Below are positions 8,518-18,218 of a stretch of 64,000 nt of DNA, in pieces. Source of the DNA: a virus. The stretch lies in IMG/VR virus record IMGVR_UViG_3300020215_000051, one strand, 5' to 3'. The stretch's first letter is position 1. Each line of letters opens with the position of its first letter. Both the position numbers and the translations under genes were made by a program. The notes beneath the pieces were generated by a model, which had not been told where the DNA came from, ran no database searches, and saw only the letters and a program-made list of their open reading frames with translations.

Positions 8518-10340
8518 TGCCTTTCAATACGTTAGATTTACCCCAAGAGTTGTCTCCAGAAGATTTGGCCATAACGATAACCACGATGTTTGATCGGTGG
8601 AAAATGGATCGTCTATCTTGGGAAAAAGAAACTACAGATATACGTAATACTTTATTTGCTTCGACTATTGATACTACGACCAATAGCACGAACCCATTTT
8701 TAAACAGGACTACTTTACCTAAGCTAACGCAGATTTATGATAATTTAATTGCTAACTACGATGCTTCGTTGTTCCCGAACCAAGATTGGTTTGTATTTGA
8801 AAGTGAAAGTGTTGATGGAGCAATGAAAGACAAGAAACGAAAAATTAAGAATTATTTAAAGACAAAAACAAGACAGCTTAAATTTCGAGTGATTATGAGA
8901 CAGTTACTAGCAGACTGGTTGTTAACTGGTAATTGCTTCGCTGGATTAGATTTTGTTCGGGAATATACGATTGATTCCGTTACGGGGGAAAAAGTATTAG
9001 GTTATGTAGGCCCAAAACCCTATCGCATTGCTCCACTAGATGTTGTATTTGATGTCAAAGCTACTTCGTTTAATAAAGCTCCTAAGATTATTCGCACCTT
9101 AAAAACACTAGGACAAATGGCGAGGGAAGTAGAGACCCATCCTGAATTAGGTTATACCAAAGAATTAATAAAAAAGATTGCTGAGCGTCGTTCTTTATTA
9201 ACTCCTCGGAATAAAAGTAATCTCAATTATGATGAAGAAAAACTACGTGCTTTAAAAGCTGACGGGTTTGGTACTTTACAAGAATATTATCGTAGTAATT
9301 TGGTTGAAATACTTGAATTTTACGGTGATGTGTATATAGAACAAGATGACAAATTACACCCCAATCATGTTATTACAGTGGTTGATCGAGCTAATGTAAT
9401 TCGTAATGAGCCTGTTAAATCTTGGAATGGAGATCATAACATCTTCACCGCAGCATGGAGAAACAGACCTGATAACTTAATGGGTATGTCTCCGTTTGCA
9501 AACCTCTTAGGCATGCAACATCGTTTAGATAAATTAGAAAATACTAAAGCAGATGTATTTGATCAAATTGCCTACCCCATCATGATCGAAAAAGGTGATG
9601 TGGAATATTATGACGGTGAGGGCAATCTTAATGGTATGCGAGGCACTCCTGGCGGTTTTTATCGTGCTGATGCTGATGGGGATGTTAATGTATTACGTCC
9701 AGATGCAACCGCACTAAATGCCGACTTTCAAATCCAAAACTTAATGATGGCAATGGAGGAATTAGCAGGTGCTCCTAAGAATACGATGGGTATTCGTACA
9801 CCCGGTGAAAAGACTGCTTTTGAAGTACAAACATTAGATAATGCAGCTAGTCGTATATTCCAAAACAAAGTAGCTTACTTAGAAGAAGAATTCTTAGAAC
9901 CATTATTAAATGCAATGCTAGAGATGGCACGCCGCAACCTAGATGTTAGTGATGTTATTAAAATGACAGATGATCAACTAGGGGTTGATACTTTTATTGA
10001 ATTAACTAAGAACGATTTAACTGCTGCTGGCAAGATTTACGCAGTAGGTTCTCGATATTTTGCCCGCAATGCAACCATCGCTCAAAATCTAACAATGCTA
10101 TCCAATAGCCCATTATTTCAATTAGTACAAAATGATTTGGATAGACATTCCATGACCCAATTACTAGAGTCTATTTTAGGCCTAGAACAATTTAGTTTAT
10201 TCCGCGCCAATATAGGCATTGAGCAACAACTAGAAAGTCAACGTTTAATCCAAACAGCACAGGAACAACTAGCCGCTGAATCTCAAACACCAGCAGAGGG
10301 TATGTTACCAAATGAAACTGATCAGCCTCCTTCCACATAG
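8517..10340 (+). CDS. Portal (head-tail connector) protein
   Basis: 607 aa between TerL and scaffold; GIRTPGEKTAFEV motif typical of podoviral portals. Confidence 0.88.
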   Translation: MPFNTLDLPQELSPEDLAITITTMFDRWKMDRLSWEKETTDIRNTLFASTIDTTTNSTNPFLNRTTLPKLTQIYDNLIANYDASLFPNQDWFVFESESVDGAMKDKKRKIKNYLKTKTRQLKFRVIMRQLLADWLLTGNCFAGLDFVREYTIDSVTGEKVLGYVGPKPYRIAPLDVVFDVKATSFNKAPKIIRTLKTLGQMAREVETHPELGYTKELIKKIAERRSLLTPRNKSNLNYDEEKLRALKADGFGTLQEYYRSNLVEILEFYGDVYIEQDDKLHPNHVITVVDRANVIRNEPVKSWNGDHNIFTAAWRNRPDNLMGMSPFANLLGMQHRLDKLENTKADVFDQIAYPIMIEKGDVEYYDGEGNLNGMRGTPGGFYRADADGDVNVLRPDATALNADFQIQNLMMAMEELAGAPKNTMGIRTPGEKTAFEVQTLDNAASRIFQNKVAYLEEEFLEPLLNAMLEMARRNLDVSDVIKMTDDQLGVDTFIELTKNDLTAAGKIYAVGSRYFARNATIAQNLTMLSNSPLFQLVQNDLDRHSMTQLLESILGLEQFSLFRANIGIEQQLESQRLIQTAQEQLAAESQTPAEGMLPNETDQPPST

Positions 10341-10572
10341 TTTAAAGCTTGAAGAGTTAGAGAAATGGAAAGCAAAGATAAGTAATTCTAGGGATGTATT
10401 AGAACTTGTAGCTATGTATATCAACAAACAACTGAGAGAGATAAACGCTAAGTTAGATGATACAAAAGTTTATATGAACCCTGCTTGTGATCGATTGATA
10501 TCCGGTCTATTACAGACAAGAGCCGAGCTTAAAAAAATAAGAGAACTATTAATAAATGAGGAATCAAAATAA
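10312..10572 (+). CDS. Hypothetical protein (86 aa)
   Basis: Tiles between portal and scaffold. Confidence 0.65.
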   Translation: MKLISLLPHSLKLEELEKWKAKISNSRDVLELVAMYINKQLREINAKLDDTKVYMNPACDRLISGLLQTRAELKKIRELLINEESK

Positions 10573-11276
10573 TGTCAGACCAGAATATTTTTAATTCAGA
10601 TGACAAGACTGAAGCAAAGAATGAATCTGTCGAACCCAGAAAAGAAGAATCTAAAATTGATTTAGATGTAGTTAATAAACGTTTACAAGATAAAGACGAA
10701 CATATTAAACGAATAGAACAAGAAAATGCAGAACTTCGAAAAGCACAAGAAAGAGCAAAAACTATCGACGAAGTTTTGGAAAAAATGAAATCAGGATCTG
10801 AACAAGATCCGAAACCTGTTTCAACGGATTTATTGAAAGAGGTTGAGTCTTTAGTAGATAGGAAACTATCCATTAAAGAGCAAGAACAAGAACGTCTCAG
10901 ACAACATCAACTCCATGCCGACAATGCAAAAAAAGTTGCTGCTGCTTTACGTGAAGTTTACGGAGACAAAGCCGAAGAAATCTTCAACAAGAAAGCGCAA
11001 GAGATGGGCGAGCCAGTAGAGGACTTACATAAACTGGCGATGGTCAAACCTAATGTTATTTTAAAGGCATTTGGTTTGGAAAACGGGCCTGCTTCAGTTA
11101 ATAGAACACAATCAGCGACGGCTGATGTTAATACAACAGCAGTGCTCAACAATAACTCCGCAAATAATAAAATTTCTGAATTAACTAGAAAATATTTCAG
11201 CGATCCATTCAATTCAGGGGCTGTATTTTCAGAACTTGAAAAAGAATTTATTTCGCGGTCTAAAGACAATAAATAA
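10572..11276 (+). CDS. Capsid scaffolding protein
   Basis: Charged coiled-coil protein immediately before the capsid gene. Confidence 0.75.
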   Translation: MSDQNIFNSDDKTEAKNESVEPRKEESKIDLDVVNKRLQDKDEHIKRIEQENAELRKAQERAKTIDEVLEKMKSGSEQDPKPVSTDLLKEVESLVDRKLSIKEQEQERLRQHQLHADNAKKVAAALREVYGDKAEEIFNKKAQEMGEPVEDLHKLAMVKPNVILKAFGLENGPASVNRTQSATADVNTTAVLNNNSANNKISELTRKYFSDPFNSGAVFSELEKEFISRSKDNK

Positions 11277-11287
11277 TAGGGTGAATT

Positions 11288-12238
11288 ATGGCAAATGTAA
11301 CGTCAAATTCTAGCCCGTTAATTCGCGCCCAAGTCTATTCTCAAATGCTTCAAGAAGCACTAAAAGATAACTTGGTAGGCATGAAACTTGCAATGGATGT
11401 TTCCGACTTTGGTGATGGAACCACATACAACATTCCTTCTATCGGTGATGTTGTTATTCGAGATATTACGGAAGACAGTCCAGCAGTTTATGATGCGATC
11501 GACACGGGTAATTTTACCATGACAATTACTGATTTCAAATCCGCAGGTTCTTACGTAAGCCGTAAGTTACTTGAAGACGGTTATATGGGTCAAAAATTGT
11601 TAGCAGCAGTTCCCAGGAAGCATTTAGATGCTTTAATGCAACACTTTGAAACACGCTTATTTGCAGTAGCCAACGCAGCACAAACTGCCGCCGCCGCAAA
11701 TAACGTAAATAGTCAAGCCCATCGTATAGCCGGTAGCGGTACTAGTGGTGTAGTTGCATTAGCAGACTTTGCTAAAATTAAAACATCAATGGACAAAGCT
11801 AATTGTCCTGCAAATAGTCGAGTTATGTTTATCGATCCTCTAGGGGAAAAAGATTTAAATAACTTAACTAACTTAATCAACGTCTCTAACAATCCTAAGT
11901 TCGAAGGTATTATCAATACCGGTTTCGCACGGGATACGAGATTCTTAGTAAATATTTTTGGTATTGATATTTACACTTCTAACCGTCTACCTAATATCAC
12001 TTCTGAAACTGTGAATAGTGTAGCGGTAACAAATGGTAAAGCAGCTATCGCAATGTGCGTTGCTGATCCAGATGTAATGCCAATGGCCATGGCGTGGAGA
12101 CGCATGCCCGAAACTCATGGAGAGTATAACAAAGATTTAGATCGTGAAGAATATGTAACCTATTGTCGTTTTGGCCTCGGCTGCAAACGTAAAGAAGCAA
12201 TGGTTGTTCTTATTCATAACGTCACGAACGTAGCATAG
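11288..12238 (+). CDS. Major capsid protein
   Basis: 316 aa; DFGDGTTYNIPSIG N-terminal segment and REEYVTYCRFG C-terminus; position after scaffold. Confidence 0.88.
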   Translation: MANVTSNSSPLIRAQVYSQMLQEALKDNLVGMKLAMDVSDFGDGTTYNIPSIGDVVIRDITEDSPAVYDAIDTGNFTMTITDFKSAGSYVSRKLLEDGYMGQKLLAAVPRKHLDALMQHFETRLFAVANAAQTAAAANNVNSQAHRIAGSGTSGVVALADFAKIKTSMDKANCPANSRVMFIDPLGEKDLNNLTNLINVSNNPKFEGIINTGFARDTRFLVNIFGIDIYTSNRLPNITSETVNSVAVTNGKAAIAMCVADPDVMPMAMAWRRMPETHGEYNKDLDREEYVTYCRFGLGCKRKEAMVVLIHNVTNVA

Positions 12239-12253
12239 TAGGAGGAATACATC

Positions 12254-12760
12254 ATGGCTTTTGAAGCAGATGGCAATGGCCTTCACGTATGGTACGGCCC
12301 TCGTCAAGTAGCTAGTGAAATTCAAGGCGCTGCCGGTAAAGTTAGAACTTCCGGTAACGTAAAAGAATTAGTAATTGATTTTTCTTATGATCAATTACCT
12401 GCTGCTAGCTCTAATAACGCACTCAATCAGGTTATTCCCGCCAAGTCTCTTATTTTAGAGGCTCAAGTGGAGGTATTAACTGCGTTTGCTGGAGGTACGT
12501 CCTACGATATTGGTACAGAACAAACTGATGGTACAGACATTGATACAGACGGTATCGCAAATGATATCTTACTTGCATCATTGAATGCCGCCGGTAAGCG
12601 AGTTCTGTTAGATCCAAATAATACTGACTCTTTAAGTGGTGCTTTAATCGGTAAAGTTTCTAGCACAACTTTAGATAGTCAGATCATAGTAATCGCAACT
12701 GGAACATTTACGGCTGGTAAAGCACGCTTAACCATTCGTTATATTCCACCTTCCGCGTAA
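12254..12760 (+). CDS. Putative capsid decoration protein
   Basis: Strong RBS (AGGAGG), beta-rich, between MCP and a terminator. Confidence 0.55.
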   Translation: MAFEADGNGLHVWYGPRQVASEIQGAAGKVRTSGNVKELVIDFSYDQLPAASSNNALNQVIPAKSLILEAQVEVLTAFAGGTSYDIGTEQTDGTDIDTDGIANDILLASLNAAGKRVLLDPNNTDSLSGALIGKVSSTTLDSQIIVIATGTFTAGKARLTIRYIPPSA

Positions 12761-12766
12761 CCACAG

Positions 12767-12800
12767 TGAGCCAATTATTTAAAGTAATTGGCTCATTTTT
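12767..12800 (+). terminator. Rho-independent terminator after capsid genes
   Basis: TGAGCCAATTA/TAATTGGCTCA 11-bp stem plus T-run. Confidence 0.85.
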
Positions 12801-12816
12801 CTGAGGTAAAATAAAT

Positions 12817-13416
12817 ATGGCAACTAATGTTGATATGAATGGACTAAACCTACAGGTTGAATCCGTAACATTAGGCGGCACAACCCCAGGTTCTCCAGGA
12901 TCTAGTACGATTTCTTCAACGGAAATCAATTTCTTAGATGGAGTAACCGCAGGCACAGCAACAGCAAGTAAAGCAGTTGTTTTAGGAGCATCGAAAGAAA
13001 TTTCGACTATTACTACCGCAACTATTACTAATTTAACGTCAACAGCAATAACAATCGGTGCAACAGCACTTGATGCCACTGCTGCTGAAATTAATGCTCG
13101 TTGTGATGATTCTGCAATGACAGAAACCAGAACAGGGGCGGGGGCTATTAGTGTCACCGTAGCACACACAAACCTTGTTACCACAGGGGCGGACGCACTT
13201 ACATTAGCGGCTCCAACCAAACCAGGCATGGTTAAAACAATACACATGACCACAGACGGCGGTGACGGTACTTTAGCGAGTACTAATATCATTGGCCAAT
13301 CTTCTGGTACTACAAGTATTACATTTAACGACGCAGGGGATTACCTTGTTTTAGTAGCAGTTCCAGGTTTAGCAAAATGGGCTGTTTTAAAAGAAGGCGG
13401 TGTAACCGCAGCTTAA
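12817..13416 (+). CDS. Virion structural protein (Thr/Ala-rich)
   Basis: EINFLDGVTAGTATASKAVVL fibre-like motif; structural context. Confidence 0.6.
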   Translation: MATNVDMNGLNLQVESVTLGGTTPGSPGSSTISSTEINFLDGVTAGTATASKAVVLGASKEISTITTATITNLTSTAITIGATALDATAAEINARCDDSAMTETRTGAGAISVTVAHTNLVTTGADALTLAAPTKPGMVKTIHMTTDGGDGTLASTNIIGQSSGTTSITFNDAGDYLVLVAVPGLAKWAVLKEGGVTAA

Positions 13417-13421
13417 TGTTG

Positions 13422-13453
13422 ATATCCCTTCTTTCAAGAGGGGATATTTTTTT
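13422..13453 (+). terminator. Rho-independent terminator
   Basis: ATATCCC...GGGATAT stem followed by a T-run. Confidence 0.75.
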
Positions 13454-13507
13454 ATTCATTTAAAATAAGAAATGACTATAAAAATATAGACAAAACGAGA
13501 TATAACA

Positions 13508-13969
13508 ATGTCAATAGAACATGCCAATATAACTGATCCTAATATTCATGAATGCAAAGGTTTTGCCGCTGCTTCCGCCAATACGGTTCGTGTAGCTAAT
13601 GGAGTAGGTGGAGCATCCATGCTGCCCTATGTTAGGCAAGTGGTTGTAGATGCTTACATCTCTGCTATTGGAACAGCAGGAACTTATTATGTTGCTACTC
13701 CTTATGCCGGAACAATTGATAACATTTATTGTGTTCACGATCTTTTAACAGATACAGCAGATACCATCCTCTCTTTCCAAATAAATGGTGTTGCTGTTAC
13801 CAATGGAAATATAACTATTGCAAACGGTACAGCAGCAGGGACTGTTACTAGCTCTACTCCCAGTGCAAATAATAGTGTAACGGCAGGCGGTAAAATAGCC
13901 ATTATCACTGATGGTGGTACGGGCGCTTCTCCTAATGCTCGCATTTCTTTTGCGATAACTAGGAGTTAA
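13508..13969 (+). CDS. Virion structural protein (153 aa)
   Basis: Beta-rich composition; structural context. Confidence 0.55.
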   Translation: MSIEHANITDPNIHECKGFAAASANTVRVANGVGGASMLPYVRQVVVDAYISAIGTAGTYYVATPYAGTIDNIYCVHDLLTDTADTILSFQINGVAVTNGNITIANGTAAGTVTSSTPSANNSVTAGGKIAIITDGGTGASPNARISFAITRS

Positions 13970-13971
13970 TT

Positions 13972-14733
13972 ATGGCCCACCGAATGACTTTGCTCCAAAT
14001 GGTGCAATCTATTATGACCTCTATGGATAGTGATAGTGTGAATAGTATTAGTGACCTCATTGAATCACAATCTATAGCAGACACTATTAAGGATATTTAT
14101 TTTGATTTAATTGCCAGACGCGATTGGGAACATTTAAAAACAACCACTCCATTAGAAGCAGTTAGCAATGTATCACAACCCACAAAAATTAAAATTCCAG
14201 ATGATATTTATCGGATTGATGTTTTGAAATATAACAAAAAATTGAGTGCGGATACTTCAGCTAAATATGAAGATGTTACTTACCTTCCCCCAGAAGAATT
14301 CTTAGATCTTGTATTAGCAAGAAATTCAGCTGCCAGTAATATTAGCGCTTATAACATGGATAATGGTACTCCTCTTTATATTATTGAAGATCATATGCCC
14401 ACCTACTGGACTTCTTTTGATAATGAATATATTTACTTTGATTCTATTTCTCTTGATGATGAAGCAACAGTTCAAGCTAGTCGCTCATTAATTTATGGTG
14501 TCAAAGAACCTGCTTGGACAGCGTCTGACACCTTTATTCCTGATTTACCCGCACAACAATTCCCTCTTCTATTAGAGACAGCTCGTAAAACGTGTTTTAA
14601 ACGATTCAAACAAGCTGTGGATGAAGAATCAGAACGCTCCTCGGTTAAACAATATAATTCGATGAGACACAATCAATTTAGAGTTGGAGGAGGAGCAAAG
14701 TTTTTCAACTGGGGAATAAAAAGGAGACGATAG
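13972..14733 (+). CDS. Tail tubular protein A / adaptor (T7 gp11-like)
   Basis: MTLLQMVQSIM...DSDSVNSI N-terminus; size and position. Confidence 0.75.
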   Translation: MAHRMTLLQMVQSIMTSMDSDSVNSISDLIESQSIADTIKDIYFDLIARRDWEHLKTTTPLEAVSNVSQPTKIKIPDDIYRIDVLKYNKKLSADTSAKYEDVTYLPPEEFLDLVLARNSAASNISAYNMDNGTPLYIIEDHMPTYWTSFDNEYIYFDSISLDDEATVQASRSLIYGVKEPAWTASDTFIPDLPAQQFPLLLETARKTCFKRFKQAVDEESERSSVKQYNSMRHNQFRVGGGAKFFNWGIKRRR

Positions 14734-14782
14734 TGAACTTAATGTTAATCCCCCTCTAACGAAAGGCTAAAAGGATACGATA

Positions 14783-15028
14783 ATGAACTTATTAGATAAA
14801 ATACAACATAATGCTCTAGTATCTGGCGGCGCGCTTGAAATAGGTGAAACACCTAATGGTAAGAAGATTGCTATTTTCAATGCCCCGAATACCAGTATGT
14901 ACGCCATCAAATTTATCCCCGGCGGTGAGTTGCCACAGGAATTAGAAGGTCTTTTCACCTCGCCCACAGAAGCTACTTTAGTAGTTCATCGTTATCTCGC
15001 CCATAATAAAAACAAAAAAGAAAAATAA
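14783..15028 (+). CDS. Hypothetical protein (81 aa)
   Basis: Between tail A and tail B genes. Confidence 0.6.
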   Translation: MNLLDKIQHNALVSGGALEIGETPNGKKIAIFNAPNTSMYAIKFIPGGELPQELEGLFTSPTEATLVVHRYLAHNKNKKEK

Positions 15029-15030
15029 TC

Positions 15031-17220
15031 ATGTCAGTTACTGTCGGACTAAAAAACAACTTTTCTTTTTCGAAAGGTTATATTACTGAAGTCACACCCT
15101 TGACCTATCCGGATAATGCTTGTGTTGATATTGATAATACAGACATTAACAATGATGGGAGTGCTTCAAGACGACTAGGAGTAGATTACGAAACCAATTA
15201 TACCAAGTCGGCTAACATTGCCCAATCAACGGTAGAAGCAGACGGTATTTCAGTTGGTACTTGGGAAAATGTAGGGGGAAATCCTAATCTACGTTTTGCT
15301 GTTGTCCAAATAGGTACGACTCTTTATTTTCATAATTTATCAGCAACAGGTGCACTAAGTACAAATATAAAAGGGTTCACTATTAATCTAACCTCTTTTA
15401 AGCAGCCTAACTCCTCTAATGCAGGTAGCGACCCCGTCCAAGTTACTAGCGCCAAAGGTTATTTATTTGTTGTTAGTAATCAAATTGAACCTTTTTACAT
15501 AACATATACTGCTTCAACTGATACGATAGCAACAACCTCAGTTACAATTTCCATACGTGATTTAGTCGGTGTGTCTGATAGCTTAGCCACTGACGCAACC
15601 CCTGCTACTTTATCCAATGCACACAAATATAATTTGTTAAATCAGGGCTGGGACAATACTAAAATTAATGCTTATTTTACTGCTAAATCTAAATACCCTT
15701 CTAATGCACAGATTTGGCATGTCGCAAAAGATTCTAATGATGCCTTTAGTCCAGATCTCTTAGATAAAACTAACTTCGGTAATACCCCTGCTGCTAAAGG
15801 ACGCTTCATACTTAATGCTTTTACTCGTGATCGATCAGGTGTTTCTGGTGTAGCAAGTATCTCTACTGACCCTCGAACCACACGGCCCTCTACTGTTTTA
15901 TTTTATTCAGGTCGTGTTTTATATGCAGGGCAAGAACCTGGTGTTATTTACATTAGTAAGGTAATAGAAAGCACAACAGACTTTGGCGTTTGTTATCAAA
16001 CTGCTGATCCTACTTCAGAGCAAATTTCTGACTTGATATCGAGTGATGGTATTCATCTACAAATTCCTGAATGTGGTTCCATTTACAAACTCATTGCTAT
16101 AAGAGATGGGGTATTAATCTTTGCAACCAATGGTATATGGCAATTACGTGGAGATAACGGCCCTTTTACAGCAACGAATCAACAAGCCACTAAGTTAACG
16201 GATATTACTCTCGTCAGTCCACAAGCTATTACGACTGTAGAAGGTGTTCCTACTTTCATTAGTGAAAGTGGTATTTATACAATGGAACCGGATAAAGTCA
16301 CCAGCTTAGCAACACCCATTAATATTACTATTACAACAGTCCAATCCTATTTTGATAGTGTTACTGCCTTAGCGAGAGCAAATTCAGTTTTAGCTTATAA
16401 CCAATATGAAAAACAATTAATTTGGTTACATAATAGTTCCACAAGCTATGGCGGTGTAACAGATCGCTTCCTGTATAACTCCGTGCTCGTTTATAACATT
16501 CGTTTACAAGCATTCTTTAAATACTCATTAACAACATCTTCTTCCTATCCCCATATTATTGGTGGCGCCGTTGTCCCATTGAAAGCGGCACTAACCACAC
16601 AGGTTGATACGATTGTAGTGGGAGGAGTTGAAGTTGTAGCCTCTAGTACGTCGGTGGTAATTACTTCCACTATTCGTACTGCTGCCTCCTCTCGATTTCT
16701 CTTTTTAACAAGAGCACCTTTAGTTAGTACAAATTATAAATATACGTTCTCTGCTTTCTTAGGACAAACTTTTGTTGATTGGCTTTCAGAAGACAGTGTT
16801 GGTATTAATTATAATAGTTATCTCGAAACAGGCCATGTCATCGGCCAAGATGCGATGAGGGATAAACAACTCCCTTACCTCTGGTGTTACTTTAACAAGA
16901 CCGAAACGCAGTATCAATTATCGGGAAGTGATCTAGTCTTTGATAAACCTAGTTCCTGTTTGATGAGAGTGAAGTGGAACTTCTCTGATAATACAGCTTC
17001 AGGTAAATGGGGAACTCAACAACAAGTTTATCGTTTTAGACAAGACTACTTATCCGGAGGTTCTGGAACACTGTTTACAACTGGTTTACCTGTAGTGATG
17101 ACTAAAACAAAAGTCAGAGGTTCTGGTAAATCGTTCCTAGTGAGATTTGACAGTGAGGCAGGTAAAGACTTTCAATTACTAGGCTGGGCTGTGTTTGGCA
17201 CATTGGAGTCAACTGTATGA
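15031..17220 (+). CDS. Tail tubular protein B / nozzle (T7 gp12-like)
   Basis: 729 aa beta-propeller-like composition; follows the adaptor. Confidence 0.78.
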   Translation: MSVTVGLKNNFSFSKGYITEVTPLTYPDNACVDIDNTDINNDGSASRRLGVDYETNYTKSANIAQSTVEADGISVGTWENVGGNPNLRFAVVQIGTTLYFHNLSATGALSTNIKGFTINLTSFKQPNSSNAGSDPVQVTSAKGYLFVVSNQIEPFYITYTASTDTIATTSVTISIRDLVGVSDSLATDATPATLSNAHKYNLLNQGWDNTKINAYFTAKSKYPSNAQIWHVAKDSNDAFSPDLLDKTNFGNTPAAKGRFILNAFTRDRSGVSGVASISTDPRTTRPSTVLFYSGRVLYAGQEPGVIYISKVIESTTDFGVCYQTADPTSEQISDLISSDGIHLQIPECGSIYKLIAIRDGVLIFATNGIWQLRGDNGPFTATNQQATKLTDITLVSPQAITTVEGVPTFISESGIYTMEPDKVTSLATPINITITTVQSYFDSVTALARANSVLAYNQYEKQLIWLHNSSTSYGGVTDRFLYNSVLVYNIRLQAFFKYSLTTSSSYPHIIGGAVVPLKAALTTQVDTIVVGGVEVVASSTSVVITSTIRTAASSRFLFLTRAPLVSTNYKYTFSAFLGQTFVDWLSEDSVGINYNSYLETGHVIGQDAMRDKQLPYLWCYFNKTETQYQLSGSDLVFDKPSSCLMRVKWNFSDNTASGKWGTQQQVYRFRQDYLSGGSGTLFTTGLPVVMTKTKVRGSGKSFLVRFDSEAGKDFQLLGWAVFGTLESTV

Positions 17221-17684
17221 GTCTAACGTTTGAGCTTATGCCAAACAATAAAGAAACATATACAAAAATTAAAGAATTGTGTGCTAGTTGGTGGCATGAG
17301 CACCCCCTCGCTAAGCAAGGGATTAAATACGATCCCAATGAAGAATTTTGGAATTCAGAACTTATATACCAAACCGCATTAGTTATTTTTGTTAAAGAGA
17401 AAGAAGAAGTAGTAGGTTGTTATGCTGGTATGTGTATGCCTTATTATTTCAGTAAACGTTTAAAGATGTGCTCTACAATTTGTTGGTGCATTAAAAAGGA
17501 ATATAGAGGCACACGAGCCGCTTATCAGTTATTGCAATATATACAACAAGTAATGACAACATTAGGTATTAATATATGGGGACTAGATGCATTAAATTCG
17601 GAACCCTTTATCCATGTTGGCCCGCTTCTTGAAAAAGCAGGTTATATCAATAGTGAAACACATTACATAAAAATTCAGAGGTAA
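17217..17684 (+). CDS. GNAT-like protein (T7 gp13 position)
   Basis: WCIKKEYRGTRAAYQLL and LLEKAGY acetyltransferase-like motifs. Confidence 0.6.
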   Translation: MSLTFELMPNNKETYTKIKELCASWWHEHPLAKQGIKYDPNEEFWNSELIYQTALVIFVKEKEEVVGCYAGMCMPYYFSKRLKMCSTICWCIKKEYRGTRAAYQLLQYIQQVMTTLGINIWGLDALNSEPFIHVGPLLEKAGYINSETHYIKIQR

Positions 17685-17689
17685 ATCAA

Positions 17690-18202
17690 ATGGGCGCAAT
17701 CGTAGCAGCCGTTTCAGCAATAGCACCAATTGTTTCAGCCGTCAGCCCTATATTAGGGATGATGAATCAACAGCAACCAGATACATCAGGACAAGAAGCA
17801 GCACTTCGCGAGCAAGCAGCCGCTACTCGCAAAGCGACGGAATTACAAAATAGACAAGCTGAAATTCAAGCAAGACAACAACGTATTCGTTCGGTTAGAG
17901 ATGCACGTGTGGCTAGAGCTAATGTTGTTTCTGCTGGAGCAGCAGCGGGAGTACCCGATTCTTCATCGGTATTTGGAGGAGCAGGATCTATTCAATCCCA
18001 ATTAGCTTCTAATCTAGGTGTTAGTAATACATTGCAAGGTTTAGAGAACCAACGGGCTGATGCACTAACTCAGGCGAATACAGCTGGGAATATTGCTCAA
18101 TCTGAATATATTCAAAACCAAGCAGCTATGCAATCTCCTAATATATTTAACACGGCTGGAGATGTTTTTAGTAAATTCAGTAATGCTTTAAATAAGAAAT
18201 AA
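17690..18202 (+). CDS. Internal virion protein (gp14-like)
   Basis: Ala/Gln-rich helical protein with hydrophobic N-terminus. Confidence 0.7.
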   Translation: MGAIVAAVSAIAPIVSAVSPILGMMNQQQPDTSGQEAALREQAAATRKATELQNRQAEIQARQQRIRSVRDARVARANVVSAGAAAGVPDSSSVFGGAGSIQSQLASNLGVSNTLQGLENQRADALTQANTAGNIAQSEYIQNQAAMQSPNIFNTAGDVFSKFSNALNKK

Positions 18203-18218
18203 AAAAGAGCAGCTATTC

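Noticed and set aside
12200-12260. T7 10A/10B-type capsid frameshift
   Set aside because: No slippery sequence near the end; double TAG stop and a strong separate RBS for the next gene.
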